Origin: Octopus sinensis
Lineage: Eukaryota
NCBI RefSeq assembly: GCF_006345805.1
Contig: NC_042997.1
Location: 109,244,001 to 109,308,000, forward strand
DNA: 64,000 nt
Direction: 5' to 3'
Shown: positions 51,540 through 64,000 of the stretch, piece by piece
Layout of the letters: each line of letters opens with the position of its first letter
How positions within the stretch are numbered: position 1 is the stretch's first letter
Notes under the pieces: model-generated
Databases searched by the model: none
What the model saw: the letters and a program-made list of their open reading frames with translations, nothing else
What the model was told of the DNA's origin: nothing
Made by a program: the position numbers and the translations under genes

Positions 51540-53100
51540 ATTTACGCTTATAGCTTTTCCTGGGCTGTTTATTCTGTGGACAATGTCGCCTGATGCTTCA
51601 ACAATAGTCAGCCATCATATTTATATCCCATCTACCCTCATACCGTTCATCCGTGACCTTCGAATCTTGGTGGAATCGTTCACCTTGCTCATCACCAACA
51701 CCACCGAGGTTTTCCGGAAAATTACCAAAATAGCTATGCAGAAAATGCACCTGGATACTAATGTTGCATCCGAGAGCTTCATAGTTCTCCAATAGATTCT
51801 GGGCAATCTCAGTGTATTTCCTTTCTCATGTATTTCCAAGAAAGTTCTTGACAAGGTCTTTGAATGATGACCAAGCATTCGTTTCAAGTTCTGACATTGT
51901 TTGGATGAAACGTTCATCTTTAATGAGCTGCCACATCTGTGGACCTTCAAACACACCGGCCTTGATTTTTTCAGTTGAAATGCCAGGAAATGTTAAGGTG
52001 AAGTACTTGAAACAGTCACCTTCAGTAGGTAAGGCTTTAATGAATTGCTTCATGAGACCCAGTTTAATGTGCAGAGTTGAAGAAATTTTCTTTCTGTCAA
52101 CAAATGGCTAATGTAGAACGTTAGAATCACCAGATTTGAAGTCAGGTCTTGGAGTCCAATTCTTCTCCACCTGATTCTTCTCTCTAGCTCTGCTGTCCCA
52201 CATGCACAGAAAGCATGAATACTTAGTGTATCCCTGTTGCTGGCCAAGAAGGGTGAATACCAGATGATCCAATTGTGTTTGTGATATTGCAACAGCTCAA
52301 TGACTCTATATTTCTTAGTTCTTCACGAAGACAAACTGAATGTCCAACTGGAACTGCGCCATATAAATTGCCATTGTTGGGGAGGATACAGTTTAAGCTC
52401 CGCTTTGAGCAATCAATAAACAGTCGCCATTCAGTTGAGTAGTAAACCGAAATTCCCAATTCCTTTAGTAAACCTTGTACATTATGACAATACACAAAGC
52501 ACTGCGTAAATTCTCTCTGGATACTTTTGCTTCTTTTTCGAGTAAGTTTTTCTCATTCAGCCTTGATGCTAGGCGTTCTGAAGCCTTTTTTTGATAATCC
52601 CAAATCTCGTGCCAAATCATTCAACTCATTCTGATAGAATCCGTTACAAGCTGAGTCATCTCCAGTTTCCAAATCTACCTCATCGCTACCATCATGATCC
52701 AGATCTTGAAGAGAGAGAATCTAAGCGAAAACTGGCACGGGGATTTCAACTGAATGCGGCACTGGACATGTGGCTGATAGGAGACTAGCATACTCGGTTT
52801 GACATTTGTTTCTCTTGTTATATCCTGAAGTTTTCACTAAACAAAAGAAACAGTCTGTGTAAGGATCGTTTGGCTTTCACCAAATCATAGGTATACCAAA
52901 TGCCAACTTATCACGTGTTCCCTTGGTTTACATCCGTAAACTCTCGACACAATGCTTGCGCACACTGTAAGGGGCTCAAGACTTGTCTTAATAACCAAGT
53001 TTTACTTTCAAATATGCAAAATATACGTTCGCTTGACAACTGTGCTGATGTTTGTCCTTTGACTAAGAATGGTGAAGCTGTCACAGGTAGAGCAAAAGAA
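51540..53100 (-). mobile_element. Degraded DNA-transposon transposase, Chapaev-like (CMC) by recollection
   Basis: FGIPMIW..P.D..DCFFC, WRLFIDCSKRSL, KQFIKAL...KIKAGVFEGPQ, LGCNISIQVHFLHSY..NFPENLG.V.DEQGERFHQD...RY.GRW..NMMADYC. The termini were not resolved. Confidence 0.6.
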
Positions 53101-53525
53101 ATCAGGGCTCTTGAGGCATTTACGATGAGCAACAGCACAAGCAGCCATGGTCTGGGCGAAAAGAAATGACTATAAGTATGCCAGCAAAAGAGAAGTTGAG
53201 CCGTCACAAGTTTAGAAAAATAATAAGTTACACAAAATGATTGTACACCTCTATATAGAGCGGCACACAACTTCTCACCGCATTGTCTCACTTGTGACTG
53301 AATAGATAAATTACAAGCAGGATTGCCAGCATAAAAGTATAGAAAGAAACAAAAAAATAGCCCAGATTTCTATCATAAAAAGCCGATGTCATATGAAAAA
53401 GAGCAAGTGTATAAGTTTGACGCTCGGGAAAACTGCTAATTTTTTTTACGTTTCGAGCCCACGCCCTTCAATAAACAGGCAGAGAATGAAAAAAAAAACT
53501 TGTAGATTTCAGCAGCCTAACATGG

Positions 53526-53581
<56 letters not shown>

Positions 53582-53607
53582 ATATGTATGTGTGTATGTG
53601 TGTGTGA

Positions 53608-53650
<43 letters not shown>

Positions 53651-53724
53651 AGGTTGAAAAGGAACACACGAGTTGACATATATGGAAAAAAAGGTAGAAA
53701 ATGCTAAAATAATTTTATGAAGCA

Positions 53725-53770
53725 ACACTTCTGTACCGGTTTCAGTCCTTGAGACTTTTTCAACTCTAAG
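53725..53770 (-). ncRNA. Candidate U3-A8 hammerhead (left arm)
   Basis: TTGAAAA-AGTC-TCAAG-GACT-GAAA-CCGG-TA. Stem I is weak or interrupted. Confidence 0.45.
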
Positions 53771-54371
53771 TATGGAAAACAATAAAAATTAAAAGAAAAG
53801 TTTTTTTAAAAGAATATTTGCATAACATTCAAATACAAGGGGCATTTCTCTCTTGTTTACTCTTGTGGGTCGTTGTGGGTCGTTGTGAATTCTTGGCAGA
53901 GAAGCAGAAGAAGAAGAAGAAGAAGAAGAAGAAGAAGAAGAAGAAGAAGAAGAAGAAGAAGAAGAAGAAGAAGAAGAAGAAGAAGAAGAAGAAGAAGAAG
54001 AAGAAGAAGAAGAAGAAGAAGAAGAAGAAGAAGAAGAATGCGGTAGTGCCATGATAGTAGTAGGATGTTAAATGGTCAAGTGTCCTGAAAGTGACTTCTT
54101 GTGGTTCAATCACTACTACCATCCCCAACAAGTCACTTTCAAGAAGAATGCGGGAGTGCCACTGTCATGGTACTCCCACATTCTCCTCCTCCTCCTCCTT
54201 CTTCTTCTTGTTCTCTGCCAAGAATTCACAATGACCTCGAACTTACAAGAGTAAACAAGAGAGACTTAGACAGGCAGAAACAAGGAAAATGCCTCTTGTA
54301 TTTGAATACTATGCAAATATTCTTTTAAAAACTTTTCATTTAATTTTTCCAAAATTTAATTGTTTTCCATA

Positions 54372-54418
54372 CTTAGATTTGAAAAAGTCTCAATGACTGA
54401 AACCGGTATTGAAATGTT
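54372..54418 (+). ncRNA. Candidate U3-A8 hammerhead (right arm)
   Basis: TTGAAAA-AGTC-TCAAT-GACT-GAAA-CCGG-TA (54379-54408). Stem I is weak. Confidence 0.42.
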
Positions 54419-54460
54419 TTTCATAACATTATTTTACCTTTTTCTATCTTGACTTCTTTT

Positions 54461-54507
<47 letters not shown>

Positions 54508-55216
54508 TACATGTATATATACATGTATATATATATATACATATATATATATATACATGCATATATATGCATATATATATATATATATTTATATAAATAT
54601 GTCTATACATATATATATATATACATTAATCATATATATATATATATATATGTGTATGTATATATATATATATACATACATACATACATATATATGCATA
54701 TATATATATATAAATATATATTTATATATATACATATATATATGTATATATGTATGTATATATGTATGTATGTATGTATATATAAATTGATAACTAAGGA
54801 GAACAGAGATTTATATATCCAGTTTTATTCTGCAGCCAATCAAATCTTTCCCTTTCTGAACCTACATATATTTCTGCTGCAACTCAGTGCACATTGCAGA
54901 ATTTTGCATCTTGGCGTTCATCTTGGTGTTCATTTCTGATGCCGCTTCTTCAGAAGCAGTAACTTGATCAGGTACAGAACAGGAACGACGTGATTAACTC
55001 CAAAATAAATCTGGATAAATAAATCACAATTCTCCTTAATTATTAGTTCATTATTTCTTCTCTGCCGACAACATGCAGGCGCTATAGAGTCATACGGATT
55101 TACCGATGTGAAGATCTACTGAGAATTGTAACATAAACTGACTGGAATTCTTGTACACTCACTGAGGTTAGCTAGCATTAGAATCGTATATCCCTATCAA
55201 ACAAATTTGGAAATTT

Positions 55217-55251
<35 letters not shown>

Positions 55252-55504
55252 GTATAATAAATAAAATATATGCATACATACAAACATATATGTACGTACC
55301 TACATCTACATGTATATATACATGCATATATAAATATATATACACGTGAGTACAGGACACCATAACTAGACGTAGAACTCAACGAGAAACGAAAATGGAA
55401 AAACCCTTTTTTTACAACAGAAAAAACAGAGTACAGGACATACTACACAAGGAAAAATTCCCTTCATCAGCTGTCACTAGTTCGGCTCCAGCGTGTTTCG
55501 AAGG

Positions 55505-55546
<42 letters not shown>

Positions 55547-55859
55547 AAACGAAAACGTTTGCTGAGAGATACTCTTACGGGCAAACAATACGATTGTGCA
55601 TATTCAGAGAATAGGCTGCAGAGAAAAGAACGTAGCATCATAGAGAAAATCTGACTGCAGTTTTGAAATCAGTTAACTTTAGTCTAAATCAGGAAAAAAA
55701 AAAGAACTATCAAACTCAACAGAATATATTTCAAAACTGTTCCGCACTTGAATAGATCTTCTATCAAAATGGTTACTTGATGGACAGCTGAGCTTGTTTT
55801 CTTGCCATCTAGAAGTCCAAAATCGTGTTTTCGTTGTTGTTGTTATTGCTATTATGGTT

Positions 55860-58800
55860 AAGGCGTTTTACTGGCAAAATTGTTAGCACACGTTGTGTCA
55901 AAATTTGAAACGATTATTATTGAAGGAGGCCAAAAGCCGCAACAACAATCAATGCAGCAACAACCATTTAAAGCAACGTCTTCAACATCAGAATTTCACT
56001 ACCACAATGACGCCAACAACTGTAACGGTGGAAACAAGCAACGCCCGACCATCCTACAGGCGGGCAACACAGATAGAATATGTTCTCCCGACACTGGTGA
56101 TTCGGAATCCTCCCCCACGAAGGACTTTTGTAGGGGGAAAAGCAGAAAAGTAGTTCTAGAAAGGGCTGTCCTAAGCTGAAAGTGAAAAGACAGAACACGG
56201 TAAATTCACCTGAACCTTCAGCTACACTAAAAACAACACCGACACACGCGCCCAAATCCCAGCAATAAAAGCAACTACAACTACAAAAGCACCAAAACAG
56301 AAACAAATGCAAGAAAAGAAACAACAATCAGAAGACTAACTCGAACAACTTACTAGAGAACCCGAATGCCTCATCATCTTCACAGCCGATCGCAGCTTTT
56401 CAGCAGCACTTTGCGCCGCTGTTTTGATAGGGCGATGGGTCGAAGATAGTACTGGACTTTGGTTCGCATCTGGACAGCTTGCCGCGGCTCTCGACAGCTG
56501 CTGCGAAGTTATGAGGAAGGCCAATAACAGTCGCTGGAATTTGGGAGGCGATGAGCCATTGCACAAGTCGCAGATCGCCCGGTTTGGATGATCTGTCCTA
56601 TTAATTCTATGTATCCATGCCTGATTTGTTTGGTGAACTCTTGGCAGACGTCTATCGCAACTGGCAACAGAACAGGAGAATTGCTAGTGCTGTTAGTAGA
56701 GGTGTGGTGACACTGCTTAGGAAAGACGCCGACAATGGAGACGTACTAGAGAATTTTCGGCCCACAACTCTGCAAAACACACAGTATAAAATTTAGCGAA
56801 AAGGCTGACGCTTGTCGTCGGTTGACTGTTCTGAGAAGCGCAAACGTGAGCAATCCTGAGCAGGTCTGTCCACGACAACCTCCACCTTATGCGATACATC
56901 ATAGGGAAGACCGGGACCAAAGTTAGCTTCGGGGGACAGCTCTGATGAATTTAGATCAATCAAAAGCATTCGATAGGGTTGACCATCGCTACCTGGGAGC
57001 TGTCCTGAAAGCAGTCTGTTTCGGATCCGTTTTCAGAGGCTAGGTCACTGCAATGCATAGCGGCATCTGTTCAAGGGTCAAAATAAACGGCCACCTATCG
57101 GAGCCATTTGACATCGCACTGTCGGTCCGCCAGGGCTGCCCGCTGTCGCCTCTTCTTTATATATTGGCACACAAACCACTGTTGCGGAAGTTGGAACAGC
57201 TAAGGGTCATCTCTTTCGAACAAGGACAAGGAAGGGCAGAGTCGGCATACACGGACGATTTCACCGTCATCATGTCGGACGACTCCGAAGTGGAGACGAT
57301 CGGCATCATCCTAAGAGAATAGGAGTCGCTTGCAGGGGCGAAACTCAAACGCCGACAAATCGGTGGGTTTGCAGTTGAGATCCTGGAAAGGCAGTTCGAT
57401 GCCATCGGACGGCACCATCAGACGCTGGACCGACGGAAAAGTTAAACTGCTCGAGGTCTGGTTTGGTCCCGACCTCCAGCTTGAAAAGAAATGGCACGAA
57501 GTGGCGAACAAGGTGGATAGTCTTACCCAGAAATGGGTTGAGAGGAAGCTGTCTCTGAAAGGTCGGGCAGAGGTGGTGAATGCTTACATCGCCTGCATTA
57601 TTATTTATCACCTTACCGTCATGCCTTGTCCCGGTTACTGTTTGACCAGGTTGGAGCGTCTCTTCTTTAAATTATTGTGGAAGGGACGCAGTGTGTTGCC
57701 TGCATCTTCCGAGTGGCGAGTTAGGCATGCTGTGGATCCCAATGCGAGGACGCGTTTTTAGATTACGACACCTGTAACGATTTATGGACTGTGAGCATGT
57801 GTGGGCTTCATTTGTCAGGTTCGTCTTTCCGCAGCTCGTTTCCTTGACGAAGCTGAAGCCCTGGGTGAAGAAATGACCGAGACTGGGGGCCTAGAACCTA
57901 GAATGTCGTTAGGTGTTCACAGCCCTCAACCAGTCGGGCAATGGGATCTGTGAATGTTCCTCTTTAGAAATTTATAGAGAGTTAGTGAAGGCGAAGTGTA
58001 ACTACGACTTCGGGGAAACTCTGGGCACCGACGAGAACGAACTGGCTAGTCTGTTCCAGAGGAATTTCTGGTCAGGAACTATCATGGATAATTTCCAGAT
58101 GTCACAATCCTGGCAATGCTACCGGGATGGGGAGGGGCTACCGGTTCGAGATAAACTCTAGAGGAACGGATGTGCTGTCAGACGGGCTTGTCCGAGGTGC
58201 GCGCAGTGACAAAACCGTTCTGCACACCTTCGTTCAGTGTCCAGACATTGCTTACTTGAGGGGTTATGTCAAACAGCTGCTGTCACGTGGGGGACGGATC
58301 TGTCTGTCGGCCGAGTCTGTAGTGATGATCGCACTGTTGTCCTCTTTCAATCGGGCAGGCAAGGCAGTTTTCCTTTGCCTGGTGGCCGTGGCGAAAGAGG
58401 TTCATTGGTGGAGAAGGCTGAAAGGCATGAGGACAGATACATTCCTCTTTGGTAGAACTCTCATTGACTTTTTCAAGTTTCACTTGAAAAGGGAATTGAA
58501 AGTGGAGAGGGGGGTGCAGTGAGTTTATTGAAAAGTGAGTGAAAGTTGCGGAAATGGCAAGAGAGAATGGTACCTCACTAAGTGTAGACCTGTGAGTCGG
58601 AGTGAAAGAATTGGAGAGAGCACTTACTCTTGGGGTTTCAGGGAAATCTCAGACAGTAGGGTTCCTCGATTATTTCTTGTATCAGGAGAGCCACATCTCT
58701 CTCATCCTCCCCGCCATTTTTTTCTTTAACCCTTCTATGCTATGCATATGTTCCTTCCTATTTAGTGTGTACCGAGTAAATTTCCTTTCTTTTTTTATCA

Positions 58801-58870
58801 TTTCTTTGTATGTAAACTCCACACCTTATGTTTATCTTTCTATTGTCCTGCACCTCATCCTTCGCCCTGT
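55860..58870 (+). mobile_element. Degraded, internally deleted Tx1 LINE
   Basis: A Gln/Thr-rich 5' part, then DQSKAFDRVDH, RQGCPLSP, AYTDD and WFGPDLQLEKKW. It ends AATAAATGAA before a compound (GTT)(CTT)(ATT) tract. Confidence 0.85.
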
Positions 58871-58931
58871 TGCAAATAAATGAAATTATTATTATTATCA
58901 TTATTGTTACTGTTGTTGTTGTTGCTGCTGA

Positions 58932-58965
<34 letters not shown>

Positions 58966-58968
58966 CTT

Positions 58969-59061
<93 letters not shown>

Positions 59062-59062
<1 letters not shown>

Positions 59063-61780
59063 TATGTTTGACTTTTGCTTTGCATTTGTACAATTTGGCT
59101 CTAAGTCTCACCCAGAGACCTCAAGAGACAACAAGTTGGAATTTCATGCTGGTGTTATGCCTAGGGTGTCATATATTTGGTTTTGCAAATAGTATTGTCC
59201 CAAGGAATGTTTAAGAAAGCATAAGAAAATTATGGGTTTGTTTTAAAATTCGAGATTACATAGACAGTATTTTACGTAATATATGGGCCGTTCCCATCAG
59301 CACTATCTTTTGAATATCTGCCATTTTGGGGTTTCCTGGTATCTGAGTTAGGTAGCGATCAGCTCTTTTTGCTATCATTCCTAGGGCACATATGACAACA
59401 GGTATTGTTTTAGTTTTCAGGTTCTACATTTTGCTAATTTCTATTTTAAGATCTTTATACTTGCTCAGTTTTTGGTAGGTCTTGACAGATACATTTATAT
59501 CGATTGGGACAATCATATCAATGGAGAGGCATGGTTTTTGTTTGAAGTTCTTCAATATAATGCCTGGCTTATTCGCATCTATCTTTCTATCAGTTTGAAC
59601 GGTGAAGTTCCAGGGGAGTGAGATGTGGTCATTTTCAAGCACTGGAGGTGGGTTGTGTTCCCACCAGTTTTTATCATGGGGCAGCTCCAAGCTTTTTCAA
59701 ATTACCCAGTGAATATATTATGCAGCTCTATCATGCCTGTTGAGATACTCTGTATGCGCAAAAAGATTGCACATGGAGACATGATCAATGGTTTCATTTT
59801 GTTGTTGACATACACGACACGTTGGGAAGCTGCTGTTCTTTAATATATTGGCCTGGTAGTTCCTTGTCGGTAAGCATTGATCTTGGGCTGCTATGATAAA
59901 CCCTTCTGTTTCTGATTTTTAGCCAGAATCCATTAGCCATTGATGGGTAATGGCTTTGTCAACATCAGCATTATTCAATCTCTTTGGGTATTTGCCATTG
60001 AGAGCTTTTTCTTGCCATTTACCATTCAGAATATCTAAGGCAGCAGTTTTAGCACGGGTCTTCATACGCTTAGCTTTTTCTGTGATTGTTTCTAGTACGT
60101 TCAATTCTTGAATTTGTTGTATTTGGAATTCACTTAAATATTCCTTTACCTGCTTTGTTACTGAGTATGATGCTTTCTTGTTTTCATGTTTTGGGACAAG
60201 TTTTAACATCCAGCCATCAGAGTTTTTCAGGTAGGTGTCTAGGCCAATTGTGGCAATCTTCATTGTTAATTGCAGTTGTAAAAGCCCACGGCCTCCCTCT
60301 TTTCTTGGCAGATAAAGTCGTTCTATATCTGCCTTCTATGCATAGTCAATAATTTTCGCATTTTTCTGTCAAGATTACATATTTCAGTAATTGACTAGTT
60401 AATGATATTGAAACTGTAAGTCACGACTGGTATGGCTTAAAGTATTCATTGCTTCGATCCTGTTTCCTGCATTCGGCTCTGTCTTGAATATTGCCTATAC
60501 CCTGTGATAACATTCTCTCCTGATCCTTTCCCTCATCACTGAATGTTTGATTCCGACTCCTTCAAATACCGCTAGTTCTAATTCCTTTGACACTCTGCTG
60601 GTCAAGATTAACATTGGATGTTTTAGTCATTTTTCCTTTGATAAAGGTAACTTTTGCACATGTATCCTGAATTGTTTAACAATCGTTAGTAAGCCTTGTA
60701 GTTTTTGCAAAGAGCTTTAAATCATCCATGTATATGAGATGACTTGTATTTTTATCAAACATTTTATGGCGGTATTTCCATGGTTTCTATAGTGGTATCG
60801 ATGTCAAATATGGTTTTTGTATTATATTCTTCCTTAATTTTCGGGTTTGATAGTCTAGTCTAACTTAAGGTTTTTTAAACATTCTATGTCATACCTAAGT
60901 AACTGGATTTGGTGTTGAATACGCTCTTGCCAAGTAGGCTTTTTGTGGGAATGTTGTCGTTTTCTAATCTTTTTACCACATAGAATTGTTGAGATTTTCG
61001 CGGATGCATAGTACAGGTGGTTGAGAACTGTGATATCAACATCATTAGCTGCAATTATATCCTTAAGTGGAAGGCGGATTTTACCAATTATTTTCAGGAT
61101 TTGTTTAAAATTGCGATTTTTTGGGAGAGTGCTGCGTTCATTCATACTGGTTTCTTTAATTTTCAGCCATTCAATCATGATTTGATTTTTTAGATCATCT
61201 AGTTCTGTTGGGTCAATTTCTGTGTGAATTTCTTCATCCATTTGATTTTCATCTGCCTTAGTGTTTGTTTATGGTTGGTTCAGAGAGTATTTCACTTTGC
61301 TTATCAATTACATTAACTATTTCAATCATTACTGCGTCTTCATCAGCCCTGGGCTGGTCTATAATTATTTCCTCTCTAGTATCTTCTTTAACTGCAACTT
61401 CATTCCTTTTATCCCTTACTGATTGTTTAATTTGGTCAATCTCTTATTCAGTTTGTAATTTCTTTTTCGTAATGTTTCTTCTGACGTTGACAAGTTTGTT
61501 ACTGTCTATGTAGGGTCTTACTTCAAGGTGTTTCTGTCTCCAGTTTAAGTAGGTTTGTTTAGTATTAGATTTATTTGTGGGGAACTAAATGGCAGGATAG
61601 AAAGCCGTATCAACTTTATTATCTCCCCTTGACCAGTTTTCGTTCTTTTCCTTTTGGTTATTTGATGATGTGCGTGAATGGCCATCTGTTGGAATATTCC
61701 GGTTGTGGGGTAATTCCAGCTCCTGTGTTTCGGGAAATTTTGAACCAGTAGCTGATTTTTCGTACCTAGTCTGGTCCTTC
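59062..61780 (-). mobile_element. R4/Dong-like LINE with both ends, internally deleted
   Basis: N-terminal region, YMDDLKLF-type RT piece, thumb, REL (TDRKIDANKPGII...KYKDL) and IQKIVLMGTAHI terminus. It is flanked by (AAT)n and (ATG/AAT)n. Confidence 0.82.
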
Positions 61781-61781
61781 C

Positions 61782-61963
<182 letters not shown>

Positions 61964-62219
61964 TTAATGGCTCTCAGCCTGTGAATCATACATGTAGGAC
62001 CTCCGTAATTTGTGTTTACTCAAGCATGTCGGCTGGTTGCAGCCCGTTTATTCAAAATTGTCTTCGACAAATATTTTGCTTGCATTGTCTGGATCGTGGT
62101 GGTAACATTTTGTCTTTTTTCGGAGGGGTGTGGGGGGGGTGTAGTTGTTGTTTTGCATTTTTGCATTTTTTTTTTGTTGTAAAGACAAGATTCTATTCAT
62201 TTTACCAATTTAAAAAAAT

Positions 62220-62593
62220 AAATGTCAGATTCGGAAAAGATAATAAAAATTGACCAAGAGCAGCGTTCTGTTGTATCTATGAACAGAAAGTCAGCTGAAA
62301 GTGAAATAAATTCCTCGCCGAAGAAAAATATAATTTCTTCTTGTTGCTATGACATCAGTAACAAGTGCCGAAGTAGCAGCAGCAACGACTACAGCAGCAG
62401 CAGCAGCCGTCCAAGAATTTGGACCTGGAGATCTCCATTTCCAGCGAATTTGAGGGCCACCTCCCAGTGGTATCGGGCGTCAATAAAGAGCCCTCGACTA
62501 CAAGACGACCAAAATTTTTTTTCCAAGGTCTGGGGGTCTCCCGCCCCTAAGCCCTAGACCATCACTTAATCACCCTTACCCGTCTTGTTGCTT

Positions 62594-62624
<31 letters not shown>

Positions 62625-63450
62625 GCAGCAGCAGCAACAATGTGAACACTGGCAGCACCGCTACCATCGCTTCCGCCGTCGCGCCACCACCACAACCACC
62701 ACAAACAACAGAAACAACAACAATAACAGCAGCAACAACAACAACACAGTTTAAGATTTTGGCCACGGTATTAGCGAAAAGGTTGGCGCTTGTCGCTGGT
62801 GGTCTAGTTGGGGAAGCACAAGCGTGCGCAATCCCTAACAAGTATGTCCACATCAACCTCCGCCTCATGCGATGCATCCTAGAGAGGGCTGTGACTAAAG
62901 CTGGCTTCGATGGGGCCCTGATCAATTTGGATCAATCAAAGGTACTCAATAGAGTCGACCATCGCTCCCTGAAAGCCGTCCTTAAAGCGAACGGTTTCGG
63001 ACCCGTTTTCAGGGCCTGAATCGCTGCAATACACAGCGGCACCTGCTCGGTGATAAATGACCTTCTATCGGATCCGTTCAGCATCGCATGCTAGGTCCGT
63101 CTGGGCCGCCTGGTGTCATCTCATCTGTACGTGCTGGCTCTCGAGCCACTGCTGTGGGAGTTGGATCAATTGAGGGGCATCACTTTCGAACTGGGACGCA
63201 GAAGAGTAGTGTCTGCATACAGGGAAGACGTTAGCGTCATGGTATCGCACGTCTCCGAAATGGAGACGGTCGGCTCTATTTTCGAAGAATATGAGTTAGT
63301 TGCAGGGACGTTCCAATGATAAGGCGGTCAGTTTGTTGCCAGCTCCCTCTGAGTGGCGGCTTAGTCATGCCGCGTCTGTTGATACGCAGGCATACGCTCA
63401 GGTGTGCCACCTGCAACGATTTCTAGAAAGTGAATGTCCGTGGGCTCCTT
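62220..63450 (+). mobile_element. Tx1 relic fused to an (AAC/CAG)-rich 5' segment
   Basis: FKILATVLAKRL, LDQSKVLNRVDH and YVLALEPLL follow directly after a low-complexity tract. Confidence 0.75.
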
Positions 63451-63489
63451 TGGTGAGGCACGCATTTCCATATTGACCATCAGTTCTCA

Positions 63490-63865
63490 CCACGTAGTTG
63501 TTTTATCGACCCTTTAAAGATGTACGGTAAAGTCGACCTCAGCGGAATTTGAGCTCAGAGTGTAAATACGGACGAAATAATGCTAAGAATTTTGCTCGGC
63601 GTGCTAACGATTCCGCCAACTGGAAGGAAGATAACATTGGTTTCAAATTTTGGCACAATGCCAGCAAATTCGGGTAGGGATGGGGTGGGGTTAAATCGAT
63701 GACATCGAGTCAAAGGCTCAAATAGTACATATTTTACCGACCCCGAATGAATGGAAGTCAAATTCGACCTCGGCAGAATTTGAACTCAGAACGTAAAGAC
63801 GGATGAATTGCCAGTAAGCATTCTGCCCAGTGTGCTAACGAGTCTGCCAGCTCGCCGCCTTCTTG
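63490..63865 (-). mobile_element. Two tandem SINE copies, second family
   Basis: GTCGACCTC..CGGAATTTGA.CTCAGA..GTAAA.ACGGA..AA..GC...GCTAACGA.TC.GCCA.CT occurs twice. Confidence 0.75.
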
Positions 63866-64000
63866 GAAGGAACATAATATTAACATGATGTATTGTATGT
63901 CTTGGAGCTATTACATTACATTATGAGGACTACGGGACGGCGAAGCTCTTAAGTTGCCAAGGCGCAACCGTAGAAGCCGAACGTAATCAGCAACTACCAC

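Larger units (their letters stand above)
53670..54468. mobile_element. Inverted-repeat non-coding element with nested hairpins and (GAA)n
   Basis: Arms at about 53670-53905 and 54195-54468, (GAA)n at 53907-54037, and hairpins 54086-54141 and 54146-54183. Confidence 0.8.
7610..54790. repeat. Dispersed microsatellite arrays: (TA)n, (CA)n, (TACA)n, (TATG)n, (AAT)n, (ATCT)n, (GA)n, (GAA)n
   Basis: For example 7610-7906, 8195-8390, 11478-11990, 23845-24155, 44158-44460 and 54462-54785. The span only brackets the largest arrays and is not one continuous feature. Confidence 0.98.

Noticed and set aside
55440-55505. CTGATGA with a hairpin and an upstream GAAACAC on the minus strand
   Set aside because: The order of the core segments is not a valid circular permutation of a hammerhead, and GAAA is missing after stem II.

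Overview
Eukaryotic, AT-rich, microsatellite-saturated genomic DNA, most likely from an octopus (inferred from my recollection of the SINE families and the repeat landscape, not verified). No rRNA, true tRNA or CRISPR array is present, and most ORFs in the track are translations of simple repeats. The window is mostly decayed mobile elements: a Helitron with its 3' terminus and a Pif1-type helicase, one near-full-length and four partial Tx1/L1-clade LINEs, R4/Dong-like and RTE LINE fragments, Penelope-like element (PLE) fragments, an IR/DR-type Tc1 (DD34E), piggyBac and Chapaev-like relics, and about a dozen tRNA-derived SINE copies. One credible host-type gene stands out: an intronless ORF of about 295 aa (49833-50720) with a signal peptide, glycosylated ectodomain, polybasic site and C-terminal hydrophobic anchor, which I do not recognise. 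The main hidden structure is RNA-level. At least nine minimal type I hammerhead-ribozyme motifs of the PLE type can be folded by hand, and two U3-A8 compensatory core variants are among them. They sit in short non-coding elements that mostly lie in (TA)n tracts and are often arranged as head-to-head inverted repeats: a 431-bp palindrome with twin ribozymes, an inverted-repeat element of about 800 bp, and a tRNA-headed SINE carrying a hammerhead in its body. All ribozyme calls come from manual folding, and none has been tested for cleavage.
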